The position numbers were made by a program, and so were the translations under genes. 10,810 nt of DNA from Oculatellaceae cyanobacterium bins.114 (GTDB taxonomy: Bacteria; Cyanobacteriota; Cyanobacteriia; Elainellales; Elainellaceae), in the NCBI GenBank assembly GCA_033764315.1, contig JANRJA010000109.1, positions 1-10,810 on the forward strand, given 5' to 3'. A model generated the notes under the pieces. The model did not search any database and was not told the origin of the DNA. It worked only from the letters and a program-made list of their open reading frames with translations. Shown here piece by piece: positions 1-6,705 of the stretch (positions are counted from its first letter, which is position 1; each line of letters begins with the position of its first letter).

Positions 1-79
1 CGCTACGAGCTTGTTTGAGGCTCTTCTCTAGCTGCTCCAAACTCTCAGTAATCTCTACCCTAAAAGGTCGTCCTGTCAT
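1..79 (-). CDS. N-terminus of a probable IS630-family transposase (HTH part), truncated by the window edge
   Basis: Not in the ORF track. Manual translation from ATG (cat at 77-79) gives MTGRPFRVEITESLEQLEKSLKQARS, which resembles the 'FxxEIxESxEEL' N-termini of cyanobacterial IS630-type transposases. An IS-like end lies about 60 bp upstream. Confidence 0.7.
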   Translation of the reverse strand, partial: MTGRPFRVEITESLEQLEKSLKQARS

Positions 80-140
80 CTCACTGTCTCTGATAGGTTC
101 TACTCTTTAGTTTGGCGCATCTTCATATCTGATTGGTATA
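1..140 (-). mobile_element. Left end of an IS630-like insertion sequence
   Basis: The minus strand reads TATACCAATCAGATATGAAGATGCGCC from position 140, a TA-bounded end upstream of the transposase start. The other end is outside the window. Confidence 0.6.
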
Positions 141-327
141 ACGTGAAGCGTCAAAAATCAAGCAGATGGCAGTCAAAAGAGAAAGGTGGTGCAAAGCTTT
201 AGGCGATCGCAAGCTTTAACTGTTTCAAAATCCGCAGAACATCCCATCAATGGTTGTGACGATATAGGGATAAGGAATAGGGAGCAGATACAATCTCCAC
301 TTATCCACTCTCCCCAACTCAAAACTC

Positions 328-429
328 ACACCAATTTGAATTGAAAACACGACAGATCCTGGTACGAGCTTGGCAGTGCCAAGCCCCTCCTGAACTTTGA
401 TCTGCCCAAAAATCCGTTTAAATCGGTAT
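328..429. mobile_element. MITE (~102 bp) with a REP-like hairpin core
   Basis: Terminal inverted repeats ACACCAATTTGAA (328-340) / TTTAAATCGGTAT (417-429) match at 10/13. Inner arms CAGATC (353-358) / GATCTG (399-404). Core hairpin GCTTGGCA-G-TGCCAAGC (368-384). Confidence 0.6.
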
Positions 430-439
430 CACCTACCCA

Positions 440-465
440 GTACAGACGCGATTAATCGCGTCTCT
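440..465. repeat. REP-like palindrome AGACGCGATTAATCGCGTCT
   Basis: Perfect 20-bp palindrome at 444-463, preceded by GTAC. The same core occurs at 6694-6713. It lies just 3' of the oxidoreductase stop codon. Confidence 0.8.
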
Positions 466-496
466 TCCCTTCCTAACCTCTGCCTTCACGCTCTCC

Positions 497-2566
497 TTAT
501 CTCCACCCTTCCCACGACTCGTTAAAGATCGAGGTATCTGGAAATGCAGTGGGGTTGCCCTGCTGTTGCAGTCGTCGCTGTAAGACTTCGAGTTGAGGTT
601 CTCTGAGCGGCAGTTGATCGACCAGTTGATAGGGTAAGATTCCTTGCTCTAACGCAAAGGCAGCGGTGTTTCCGGCAGCGGCTCCAGAGGACCACTCAAA
701 TGAGTGAACCCGATAGGCGGCGGCTGCAATATGACTGGTGGCAATGCTTTTGCCAGCAACCAGCAGGTTGTCAATTTTTTGAGGAATCATCGCCCGCAGT
801 GGAATCTGAAAGGGATAGGCACTGCCTGCGCCACGTCGTTCGCCCGCGCGTTCGGTGTTGCCAGGAGTCTCTGGTGGAGAAAGGGTCATGCAGGGGTGGA
901 AGTCGATCGCATAGTGCCCAATGCCGACCGAGTCAGGGTAGATAGTCGATCGTGTGCGACGTGTGGCTTGATTGAGCGATCGCGTTCCACCCACGAGAGA
1001 GGTTGCCTCTAACCCAGCGATCGCAATTTGCAAACTGCGGTAAGTATTGGGAGAGAGCGTTTGTTCGTAATAGGAATCTCGATAATCGCGACGAGAAATA
1101 TCGATTTCCCACACCATAAACCCTTGAGGATAGCTAGATGTAGGACGACCGATAATACGCCGACTTTCTCGCATATAGGGATATTTGGACAAGCCATGCA
1201 CCGTCCCCATCGGTGAATTCAACCCGCTCAGATAACGGTTGTTAGGCTGGGGTTGTTTCACCCCTTCTCCTAATTGCGAGTCAGTCGTTCCAGCAACTAG
1301 CCAATAAAAGAAACCCAGCGCATTTTCTTCAGCTTTGCGCAGCGTTTCTGTTCGCAATCCCCCCATCCAACCGTTGTCAGCTAACTGACCTGTTGCTTGC
1401 AATTGCTCACGGGTATACACCAGATTGTCTTGGGCGGTGCCCGGTCGATAATCATTGCCCCATGTCCAATTTTGCATGGAGATATCCCCCGGATTCACCG
1501 CATATTCTTGAATCGTGCGTGGCCCCTCTGGCGGACGCTCTTTGCTAAAAATGCGGCGATAGGTAAACACCACATCAAAGTCAGCTAACCGGGGTAGCTC
1601 ATAGCTGTAGTAGCGATGATATTGCAAATAAAAAGGCGGCATGACCTGGGGTTGGGGCTGTGCGGTTGCCTCCATCGCAAAGGTATAGGTAAACCCCTGA
1701 GTGCAATAGGGATCGTTGGTTGTACTGGAGGAGGAGGGTTCCAAAGACGATCGCGCATCAATGCCCAAACGGTAAGGCACATCTGCCAGAGCAATGATCT
1801 CACCCGTCTCGGTCGCATCAATTACATACCACTCGGCTGGTCGTGTCTGTTGAGATGAATTGCGCGATCGCCTGGGGGGTTGGGGCACAAACCGAATCAC
1901 CGTCTTTTGGAACTGGGCAGAATCTTCGTAGTCATACCAATCGTCAATCGTCTGCGATAGGGGGGCAGTATTGAGCGGAGGAGCCCCTGCGGTTGGTCGG
2001 TGTTGAATGGCGATCGCCCCTCGAAGTTGAGCCTCTGAACTCTCTAGATCTTTGATCACCGTTGAGGGAAACCACTTCAGCTCACCTCTGCCCTGTCGAG
2101 CCGCATGACGCAAAATGTCATACAAAATTTCATGCCCATCTTTTGGCATAAAACACGACTCACTGACCCAACAGTCACCGGGGTCAGGGCGACGATAGTG
2201 CTGTTGAATCTGTTTTCGCAACTCCAGATAGCCACGAGGATAAAACAACAGCGACTGTTGTGTGGGGCGTTCATCGAGAGCAGAGGTTCCCTGAGATGAG
2301 ATCTGTCCCCCTACCCAATCAGTAATCTCAGTGAGACAAACCGTCTTTCCGGCTAATAGTCCTTCATAGGCTGCCGCTGCCCCAGCTAACCCGCCACCCA
2401 CCACTAGCAGTTCGCAACTGACCTCCTGGTCATGAGTTGGAGGAGACTGTGCGATCGCAGGTAATAGCAGCGGCTCTAGCCAGATCAAGCTAACTCCAAT
2501 GCTAGTTAGCCAGGTCATCTTTTGCCAAGAAAAGGGCTTTTTGAAACAGGTGTGCCGAGAGAGCAT
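497..2566 (-). CDS. FAD-dependent oxidoreductase (FAD_oxidored-like family), probably exported
   Basis: 689-aa ORF with the Rossmann motif LLVVGGGLAGAAAA...EITDWVGGQ, plus IDATETG, PYMRESRRI and PFQIPLRAMIP...NLLVAGKSIA. The N-terminus is basic then hydrophobic and ends in AIA-Q, like a signal peptide. The start could instead be the internal Met (MTWLTS). Confidence 0.88.
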   Translation of the reverse strand: MLSRHTCFKKPFSWQKMTWLTSIGVSLIWLEPLLLPAIAQSPPTHDQEVSCELLVVGGGLAGAAAAYEGLLAGKTVCLTEITDWVGGQISSQGTSALDERPTQQSLLFYPRGYLELRKQIQQHYRRPDPGDCWVSESCFMPKDGHEILYDILRHAARQGRGELKWFPSTVIKDLESSEAQLRGAIAIQHRPTAGAPPLNTAPLSQTIDDWYDYEDSAQFQKTVIRFVPQPPRRSRNSSQQTRPAEWYVIDATETGEIIALADVPYRLGIDARSSLEPSSSSTTNDPYCTQGFTYTFAMEATAQPQPQVMPPFYLQYHRYYSYELPRLADFDVVFTYRRIFSKERPPEGPRTIQEYAVNPGDISMQNWTWGNDYRPGTAQDNLVYTREQLQATGQLADNGWMGGLRTETLRKAEENALGFFYWLVAGTTDSQLGEGVKQPQPNNRYLSGLNSPMGTVHGLSKYPYMRESRRIIGRPTSSYPQGFMVWEIDISRRDYRDSYYEQTLSPNTYRSLQIAIAGLEATSLVGGTRSLNQATRRTRSTIYPDSVGIGHYAIDFHPCMTLSPPETPGNTERAGERRGAGSAYPFQIPLRAMIPQKIDNLLVAGKSIATSHIAAAAYRVHSFEWSSGAAAGNTAAFALEQGILPYQLVDQLPLREPQLEVLQRRLQQQGNPTAFPDTSIFNESWEGWR

Positions 2567-2791
2567 AAAGTTGAGAGCGTGGGTGAGCGATCGCTTTTCA
2601 AGTTGGATTAGGTGAACGCCAATCTACTTTAAAGAACGAAAAAACGACTACTTAGCTTAAAGCTTCTGATATCGCTAAACTTCATCCCATAGGATGAGCC
2701 AATGAGTCATAACGTTAACCAACCAAGGTTCAATAACCTCACTCATAGACCTCGCATCCATGCACTCACCTGTCCTAGGGGTGGGTCACTC

Positions 2792-2842
2792 CCGAATGAC
2801 CACTAACTATGACTAATACCGAATGACCGCCACCGAATGACC
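2792..2842. repeat. Short tandem-like repeat CCGAATGACC x3 plus one degenerate unit
   Basis: Exact copies at 2792-2801, 2819-2828 and 2833-2842, and a degenerate ACTATGACTA at about 2806. Period is about 14 bp (STRR-like). Confidence 0.65.
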
Positions 2843-2899
2843 CCTCTCCTCCGGTTTTGGCTCGATTTTTACCTCAACAACGACCTGAAATTATCAGGA

Positions 2900-3015
2900 A
2901 TACCAATTCAATTTTTTAAGGCTACACATCTGACCCCTCCCAACCTCCCCGTGGTAAGGGGAGGTGCCACAGGCGGTGGGGTGTGATCTGTAGGAGTAAT
3001 TTCTAGAATTGGTAT
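2900..3015. mobile_element. MITE (~116 bp) with a CCTCCCC/GGGGAGG hairpin core
   Basis: Perfect 10-bp terminal inverted repeats ATACCAATTC (2900-2909) / GAATTGGTAT (3006-3015). Inner arms CTACACATC (2922-2930) / GATCTGTAG (2985-2993). Hairpin at 2944-2964. Confidence 0.75.
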
Positions 3016-3084
3016 AACCTTAAGCAACCCCATACTGATCTGGGCTGCAATGACTGAGTTCTCTAGCATATCGAGAGGTAGACA

Positions 3085-4434
3085 GTGGATTATGACCGAT
3101 TCATGCACGAATTGCCCCATCAATATGAGAATTGGGGTACTCCATCTGTCCGCTTAATATCCGATCAATTTCAAGCCATTCTGAAACAAACAAGGGGTAA
3201 GACCACTGCCCGTGTGTTGCAATTGTTGAATAGTGCGGCCCATGCCTTAGAAGCTAATGAACTGATTTGTTTCATTGGGTCTCAACAAGCCTCTCATTTG
3301 ATAGGAACCTTATTAAATAATCCAACGCTGCACATCATTTATAACGCCACTCCCACAGATATTGATACACCAGAAGATGATTGTGAAACTCTGGCAAGCA
3401 CCCTGGCTCAATTTGGCGTTGAAGATCAGGTCTTCCTATATAGACAAGATTTTGAGGATTTTTTACTAGAGTTACGCACCCTAAAACTTCAAGAAAAAGT
3501 TGGCATCCTTTTTTATGATGGGTTACACGATTACCGTTCTCATTTGATGGCTTTGCTCTTAGCAAAATCAGTTTTGGCAGATCGTGCCCTATTAATCATC
3601 AGTGGAAATCATCTGCGTACGACTCATCAGGCAAGCCAAGATTTCATCGCATCTCATCCTGAGTGCCAACTGCTATTAGATTTATCGTCTGGGACAGAAG
3701 ATTATAAGTGGGATAATATTCAGATTTTAAGTTGGAACTGTGACCCAAAAGTCTCTTTAGAGGAGGGCCAAACCGAATTTATTAGGAACTCCACTGCTAT
3801 CAAAATCTTGTCTGAGATTACAGTTCAATTTGATGAAGATGCATTACAAGCACAACAGATAGCAGAGCGAAATGAAACTGTTATCACAGCTCTATTAAAG
3901 AGTAAAGAACCCATTCAATTAGAGTTAGGAGCGGGTGGACGAACGCTCAAAGGGTGGACTTCGATTGATGTTGGAGGTAATTCAGATTTATCACTGGATC
4001 TAACTCAGCCGTTACCGTTTCCAGATCATGCAGTTAGTCAAATTTATTCATCCCACGTTTTAGAGCATTTTTACTACCCCTATCAGTTAGGTTATTTACT
4101 GGCAGAATCTTATCGCATCTTAAAACCCGATGGCTGGTTTAGAGCAGCCGTTCCTGATGCATCGATCTATCTCAATGGCTATTTCAAACCCGATCAGTTT
4201 GACTCCGATCAATACTGTGTGTTTAAGCCTGCCTTTCACTACAATTCTCCAATTGACCATATCAACTACATTGCTTATATGGCAGGGCAACATTGTCATT
4301 TATTTGATCCTGAAAATTTAGTTGCCATTATCCAAAAAGCTGGATTTCGAGAGGTTAAATTGCGAGAGTTTGATCCTTCCATTGATTTAGAGGAGCGTCA
4401 CTATGAATCCATTTACGTTGAAGGGGTGAAATAA
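3085..4434 (+). CDS. Two-domain class I SAM-dependent methyltransferase (N-terminal Methyltransf_24-like, C-terminal Methyltransf_11-like)
   Basis: 449 aa with a GTG start and GAGAGG upstream. The N-terminal domain has FYDGLHDY. The C-terminal domain has LELGAG, DLTQPLPFPD, IYSSHVLEHF and RILKPDG...VPD. Confidence 0.82.
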   Translation: MDYDRFMHELPHQYENWGTPSVRLISDQFQAILKQTRGKTTARVLQLLNSAAHALEANELICFIGSQQASHLIGTLLNNPTLHIIYNATPTDIDTPEDDCETLASTLAQFGVEDQVFLYRQDFEDFLLELRTLKLQEKVGILFYDGLHDYRSHLMALLLAKSVLADRALLIISGNHLRTTHQASQDFIASHPECQLLLDLSSGTEDYKWDNIQILSWNCDPKVSLEEGQTEFIRNSTAIKILSEITVQFDEDALQAQQIAERNETVITALLKSKEPIQLELGAGGRTLKGWTSIDVGGNSDLSLDLTQPLPFPDHAVSQIYSSHVLEHFYYPYQLGYLLAESYRILKPDGWFRAAVPDASIYLNGYFKPDQFDSDQYCVFKPAFHYNSPIDHINYIAYMAGQHCHLFDPENLVAIIQKAGFREVKLREFDPSIDLEERHYESIYVEGVK

Positions 4435-4463
4435 GAGAGCTAGCTGAGACAGGCACAGTTATT

Positions 4464-4530
4464 TGTAGGATAGCTTAGCGATCGCGTAACCCATGCGGAC
4501 GTTAAATTTTATGCTCCAACCCAACCTACA
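4464..4530. repeat. Degenerate GTAG-type REP doublet (REPIN-like) containing a HIP1
   Basis: Inverted ends TGTAGG (4464-4469) and CCTACA (4525-4530). Internal TTAGCGATCGCGTAACCCAT and CAACCCAACCTAC are typical of cyanobacterial REPs. Confidence 0.6.
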
Positions 4531-4537
4531 CCTATAG

Positions 4538-4564
4538 CGTTTGGCTGAAGCTCACGCCGAAGCC
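4538..4564. repeat. Small dispersed repeat (SDR)-like element CGTTTGGCTGAAGCTCACGCCGAAGCC
   Basis: Resembles the recurring cyanobacterial CGTTCGACTGAGCTCACGCCGAAG repeat, recalled from memory rather than searched. Confidence 0.45.
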
Positions 4565-4584
4565 TGCAACTTGAGTCGCCAATG

Positions 4585-4616
4585 CTGCCTAAATCTAGAC
4601 TGCCTAAATCTAGACT
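4585..4616. repeat. 15-bp tandem duplication CTGCCTAAATCTAGA x2
   Basis: Exact copies at 4585-4599 and 4600-4614, followed by CT. Confidence 0.9.
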
Positions 4617-4803
4617 TTGAGGACACCCTCTAAAAACAGCGTTAACGCTGATTCTTTGTGATTCTTATAGTCTTCTCATCAAACTGAGCCTTGGAGTGTT
4701 TAAAGTACAAGAGCTTTAAAGGTTCATTACTCTTGTTTGGTTTCACTCCCTAACCTCCTCTTTTGCCGATAGCCCAGAACTCTATTTCAGGGCGAGTGAG
4801 CAA

Positions 4804-4892
4804 TGAACAATTCTAAGTGGGTTGGGAGAAGTGCACCCCTAAAGGACGCTCTTACAACTCGACCATTTCACAACTGATTTAGAACTGATATA
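4804..4892. mobile_element. Degenerate copy of the 93-bp hairpin MITE
   Basis: AACAATTCTAAGTGGGTTGGGAGA...CACCCC...CTCTTACAAC...TGATTTAGAACTGATATA aligns with the copies at 4889 and 5158. Its hairpin is broken. Confidence 0.7.
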
Positions 4893-4981
4893 GCAATCCC
4901 AAATGAGTTGTGAGAGGCACACCCCTTCGGGGTGTGCCTCTCACAACGTGCTAATCTCACAAATAATTTAGAACTGCTACA
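4889..4981. mobile_element. 93-bp MITE with a perfect 19-bp hairpin
   Basis: Ends TATAGCAATCCCAAAT / ATTTAGAACTGCTACA. Stem 4907-4925 pairs with 4929-4947, loop TTC. Confidence 0.85.
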
Positions 4982-5161
4982 TATAGCAACTGTCAAGCTA
5001 TAGCCGTAGCCACATTCGATGGGGCGGAGGCGAGTCAGAAAGCTTTCCCAGCATCAGGATTTGAGCCATCACCTTTGCCTTAAGCTTTCTGACCAAAGCT
5101 ATAGTTGCTACAAGGGGGCGAAGCCCTGTACCCCGTCTTAACTAACTCTTTAATTGCTATA
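4982..5161. mobile_element. MITE (outer element) interrupted by a nested MITE
   Basis: Terminal inverted repeats TATAGCAACT (4982-4991) / AATTGCTATA (5152-5161). Small GGGC-GAA-GCCC hairpin near 5116-5126. Confidence 0.65.
4999..5103. mobile_element. Nested MITE inserted at CTAG with TA duplication
   Basis: C-TA-[TAGCCGTAGCC...GACCAAAGCTA]-TA-G. Excising it restores AAGCTAGTTG. Confidence 0.65.
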
Positions 5162-5250
5162 GCAATCCTAAATGGGTTGTGAGAGTCGCACCCCGGAGGG
5201 GTGCGACTCTCACAACCTCCTAATTTAACAAATGATTTAGGACTGCTATA
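5158..5250. mobile_element. 93-bp MITE with a perfect 20-bp hairpin
   Basis: Terminal inverted repeats TATAGCAATCCTAAAT / ATTTAGGACTGCTATA match at 15/16. Stem 5175-5194 pairs with 5198-5217, loop GGA. Confidence 0.9.
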
Positions 5251-5258
5251 TAGAACAA

Positions 5259-5990
5259 TTGTCGTCAAAATCTGAATCAAGTCAGGTGCAACATCTACTG
5301 GTATTTACACGATATCCCGAACCCGGAAAGACTAAAACACGCCTCATTCCAGCGTTAGGGGCAGCGGCAGCCGCCGACTTACAGCGACAGATGACCGAAC
5401 ATGCGATCGCCCAAGTTCGCTTATTACAGACCACTCAACCAGCGTTGTCTGTCACAGTTTGGTTTGCTGGAGGTGATACAGACGGTAACACAGACTATCG
5501 ATCGCTCTTGAAGGATTGGCTGGGTGAGCTGAACTATCAAACCCAGAGCACAGGAGATCTCGGAGCACGACTGATTGAGGCAACCCAATCAGCATTTGAG
5601 GCAGGAGCGACCGAGGTGGTGATCATTGGCACTGACTGTCCTGGAGTCGATGCTCTCTGCTTAACAGTGGCATTTACTGCTCTAAAAACAGCAGATGTGG
5701 TCTTGGGGCCAGCGACCGATGGTGGTTATTACTTGATTGGCTTACGGTTTTCTCATGTGCCAGATGCTCCTGTTGGCTATACTTCTCATGCTCTAAAGAG
5801 CAGAGGGGAACGGTTTAGTCAACTTGTACCAGCCCTATTTTCAAACATCGCCTGGAGCACCAGTGAGGTGTTTCAACAAACCGTCGCGATCGCCCACTCG
5901 TTGAACCTCACCATTGCCTATCTTGATCCCTTAACAGATGTCGATCGCCCAGAAGACGTTGCGGTGTGGGAGGCCATTCGGGATGGGTGA
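5259..5990 (+). CDS. TIGR04282 family (DUF2064, CofC-like) glycosyltransferase/nucleotidyltransferase, annotated as arsenosugar-biosynthesis associated
   Basis: Motifs VFTRYPEPGKTKTRL, Q..GDLGARL, IIGTDCP, VLGPATDGGYYLIG, WST..V and DVDRPED. TTG start, with an alternative GTG at 5286. Confidence 0.92.
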   Translation: MSSKSESSQVQHLLVFTRYPEPGKTKTRLIPALGAAAAADLQRQMTEHAIAQVRLLQTTQPALSVTVWFAGGDTDGNTDYRSLLKDWLGELNYQTQSTGDLGARLIEATQSAFEAGATEVVIIGTDCPGVDALCLTVAFTALKTADVVLGPATDGGYYLIGLRFSHVPDAPVGYTSHALKSRGERFSQLVPALFSNIAWSTSEVFQQTVAIAHSLNLTIAYLDPLTDVDRPEDVAVWEAIRDG

Positions 5991-6705
5991 ACCGCTACAT
6001 GACACCATCTCAGTGATCATCCCCGTCCTCAATGAAGCCGACAAAATCGCCAAGACGCTGCTATTTCTCAAGTCAGTTTCCACTGTCGAGGCGATCGTTG
6101 TAGATGGCGGCAGTGGGGATGACACCGTTGCTGTCGCTCAAACCTATGGGGTCACCGTTCTGCAAACCTCACCCGGACGCGCCCATCAGATGAATGCAGG
6201 TGCTGCTCGTGCAACGGGAACCGTATTACTCTTTTTGCACGCCGATAGTCAGTTGCCTCACAACTTTGTGGAACAAGTCCACCGCACTCTGGCTCAACCC
6301 AACGTTATTGCAGGAGCCTTTGACCTCGTTATTGACAGTCCAGCCTTCTCCTTGCGGTTGGTCGAGTGGGGAGTCAAGTGGCGATCGCGCCTATTGCAGT
6401 TGCCCTATGGTGATCAAGCGATTTTCTTAAAAGCGGATACCTTTCGACGGGTGGGCGGGTTTACCGAACTGCCCATTATGGAAGACTTTGATTTTGTTAA
6501 ACGCTTGCAAAAGCTGGGACGAGTGGCGATCGCTCCTGCCTCGGTGATCACCTCTGCTCGTCGTTGGGAGAAGCTGGGGGTGTTGCAAACGACGCTGATC
6601 AATCAACTGGTGATCTTCGCTTATTTTTTGGGAGTCCCGCGCGATCGCATTGCCCAATGGTATCGATCGGGAATGAGACAGGCGAATAGGAAGAGACGCG
6701 ATTAA
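5983..6705 (+). CDS. TIGR04283 family GT2 glycosyltransferase, annotated as arsenosugar-biosynthesis associated
   Basis: Motifs ISVIIPVLNE, VVDGGS.DDT, GRAHQMNAGA, LFLHADS, PYGDQAIF, GGF..LPIMED and TSARRW. ATG at 5983 is preferred over 5938 because GGGAGG lies upstream and it gives an 8-nt overlap with the TIGR04282 stop. Confidence 0.92.
   Translation: MGEPLHDTISVIIPVLNEADKIAKTLLFLKSVSTVEAIVVDGGSGDDTVAVAQTYGVTVLQTSPGRAHQMNAGAARATGTVLLFLHADSQLPHNFVEQVHRTLAQPNVIAGAFDLVIDSPAFSLRLVEWGVKWRSRLLQLPYGDQAIFLKADTFRRVGGFTELPIMEDFDFVKRLQKLGRVAIAPASVITSARRWEKLGVLQTTLINQLVIFAYFLGVPRDRIAQWYRSGMRQANRKRRD

Noticed and set aside
193..217. AAGCTTT repeats flanking a HIP1 as an operator
   Set aside because: The symmetry is imperfect and is explained by chance plus the HIP1 palindrome, with no supporting context.
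700..2299. Short ORFs overlapping the oxidoreductase
   Set aside because: They are antisense or alternative-frame shadows with no recognisable motifs.
2908..3123. 71-aa minus-strand ORF
   Set aside because: It runs through a MITE and the methyltransferase start, and has no protein features.
3085..4434. arsM arsenite methyltransferase
   Set aside because: I could not recognise ArsM architecture or its conserved cysteine pattern, and adjacency to the glycosyltransferases is not sufficient evidence.
4804..5250. Repeated palindromic units as a CRISPR array or attC cassette array
   Set aside because: The units are about 93 bp with TA-bounded TIRs and irregular spacing. There are no unique 30-40-bp spacers, cas genes or integrase. 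MITEs explain them.
5080..5280. 66-aa minus-strand ORF
   Set aside because: It consists almost entirely of MITE sequence.
5938..5982. Longer N-terminus for the TIGR04283 gene
   Set aside because: It would overlap the conserved DVDRPED region of the upstream gene. ATG 5983 has a ribosome-binding site and a short coupling overlap.
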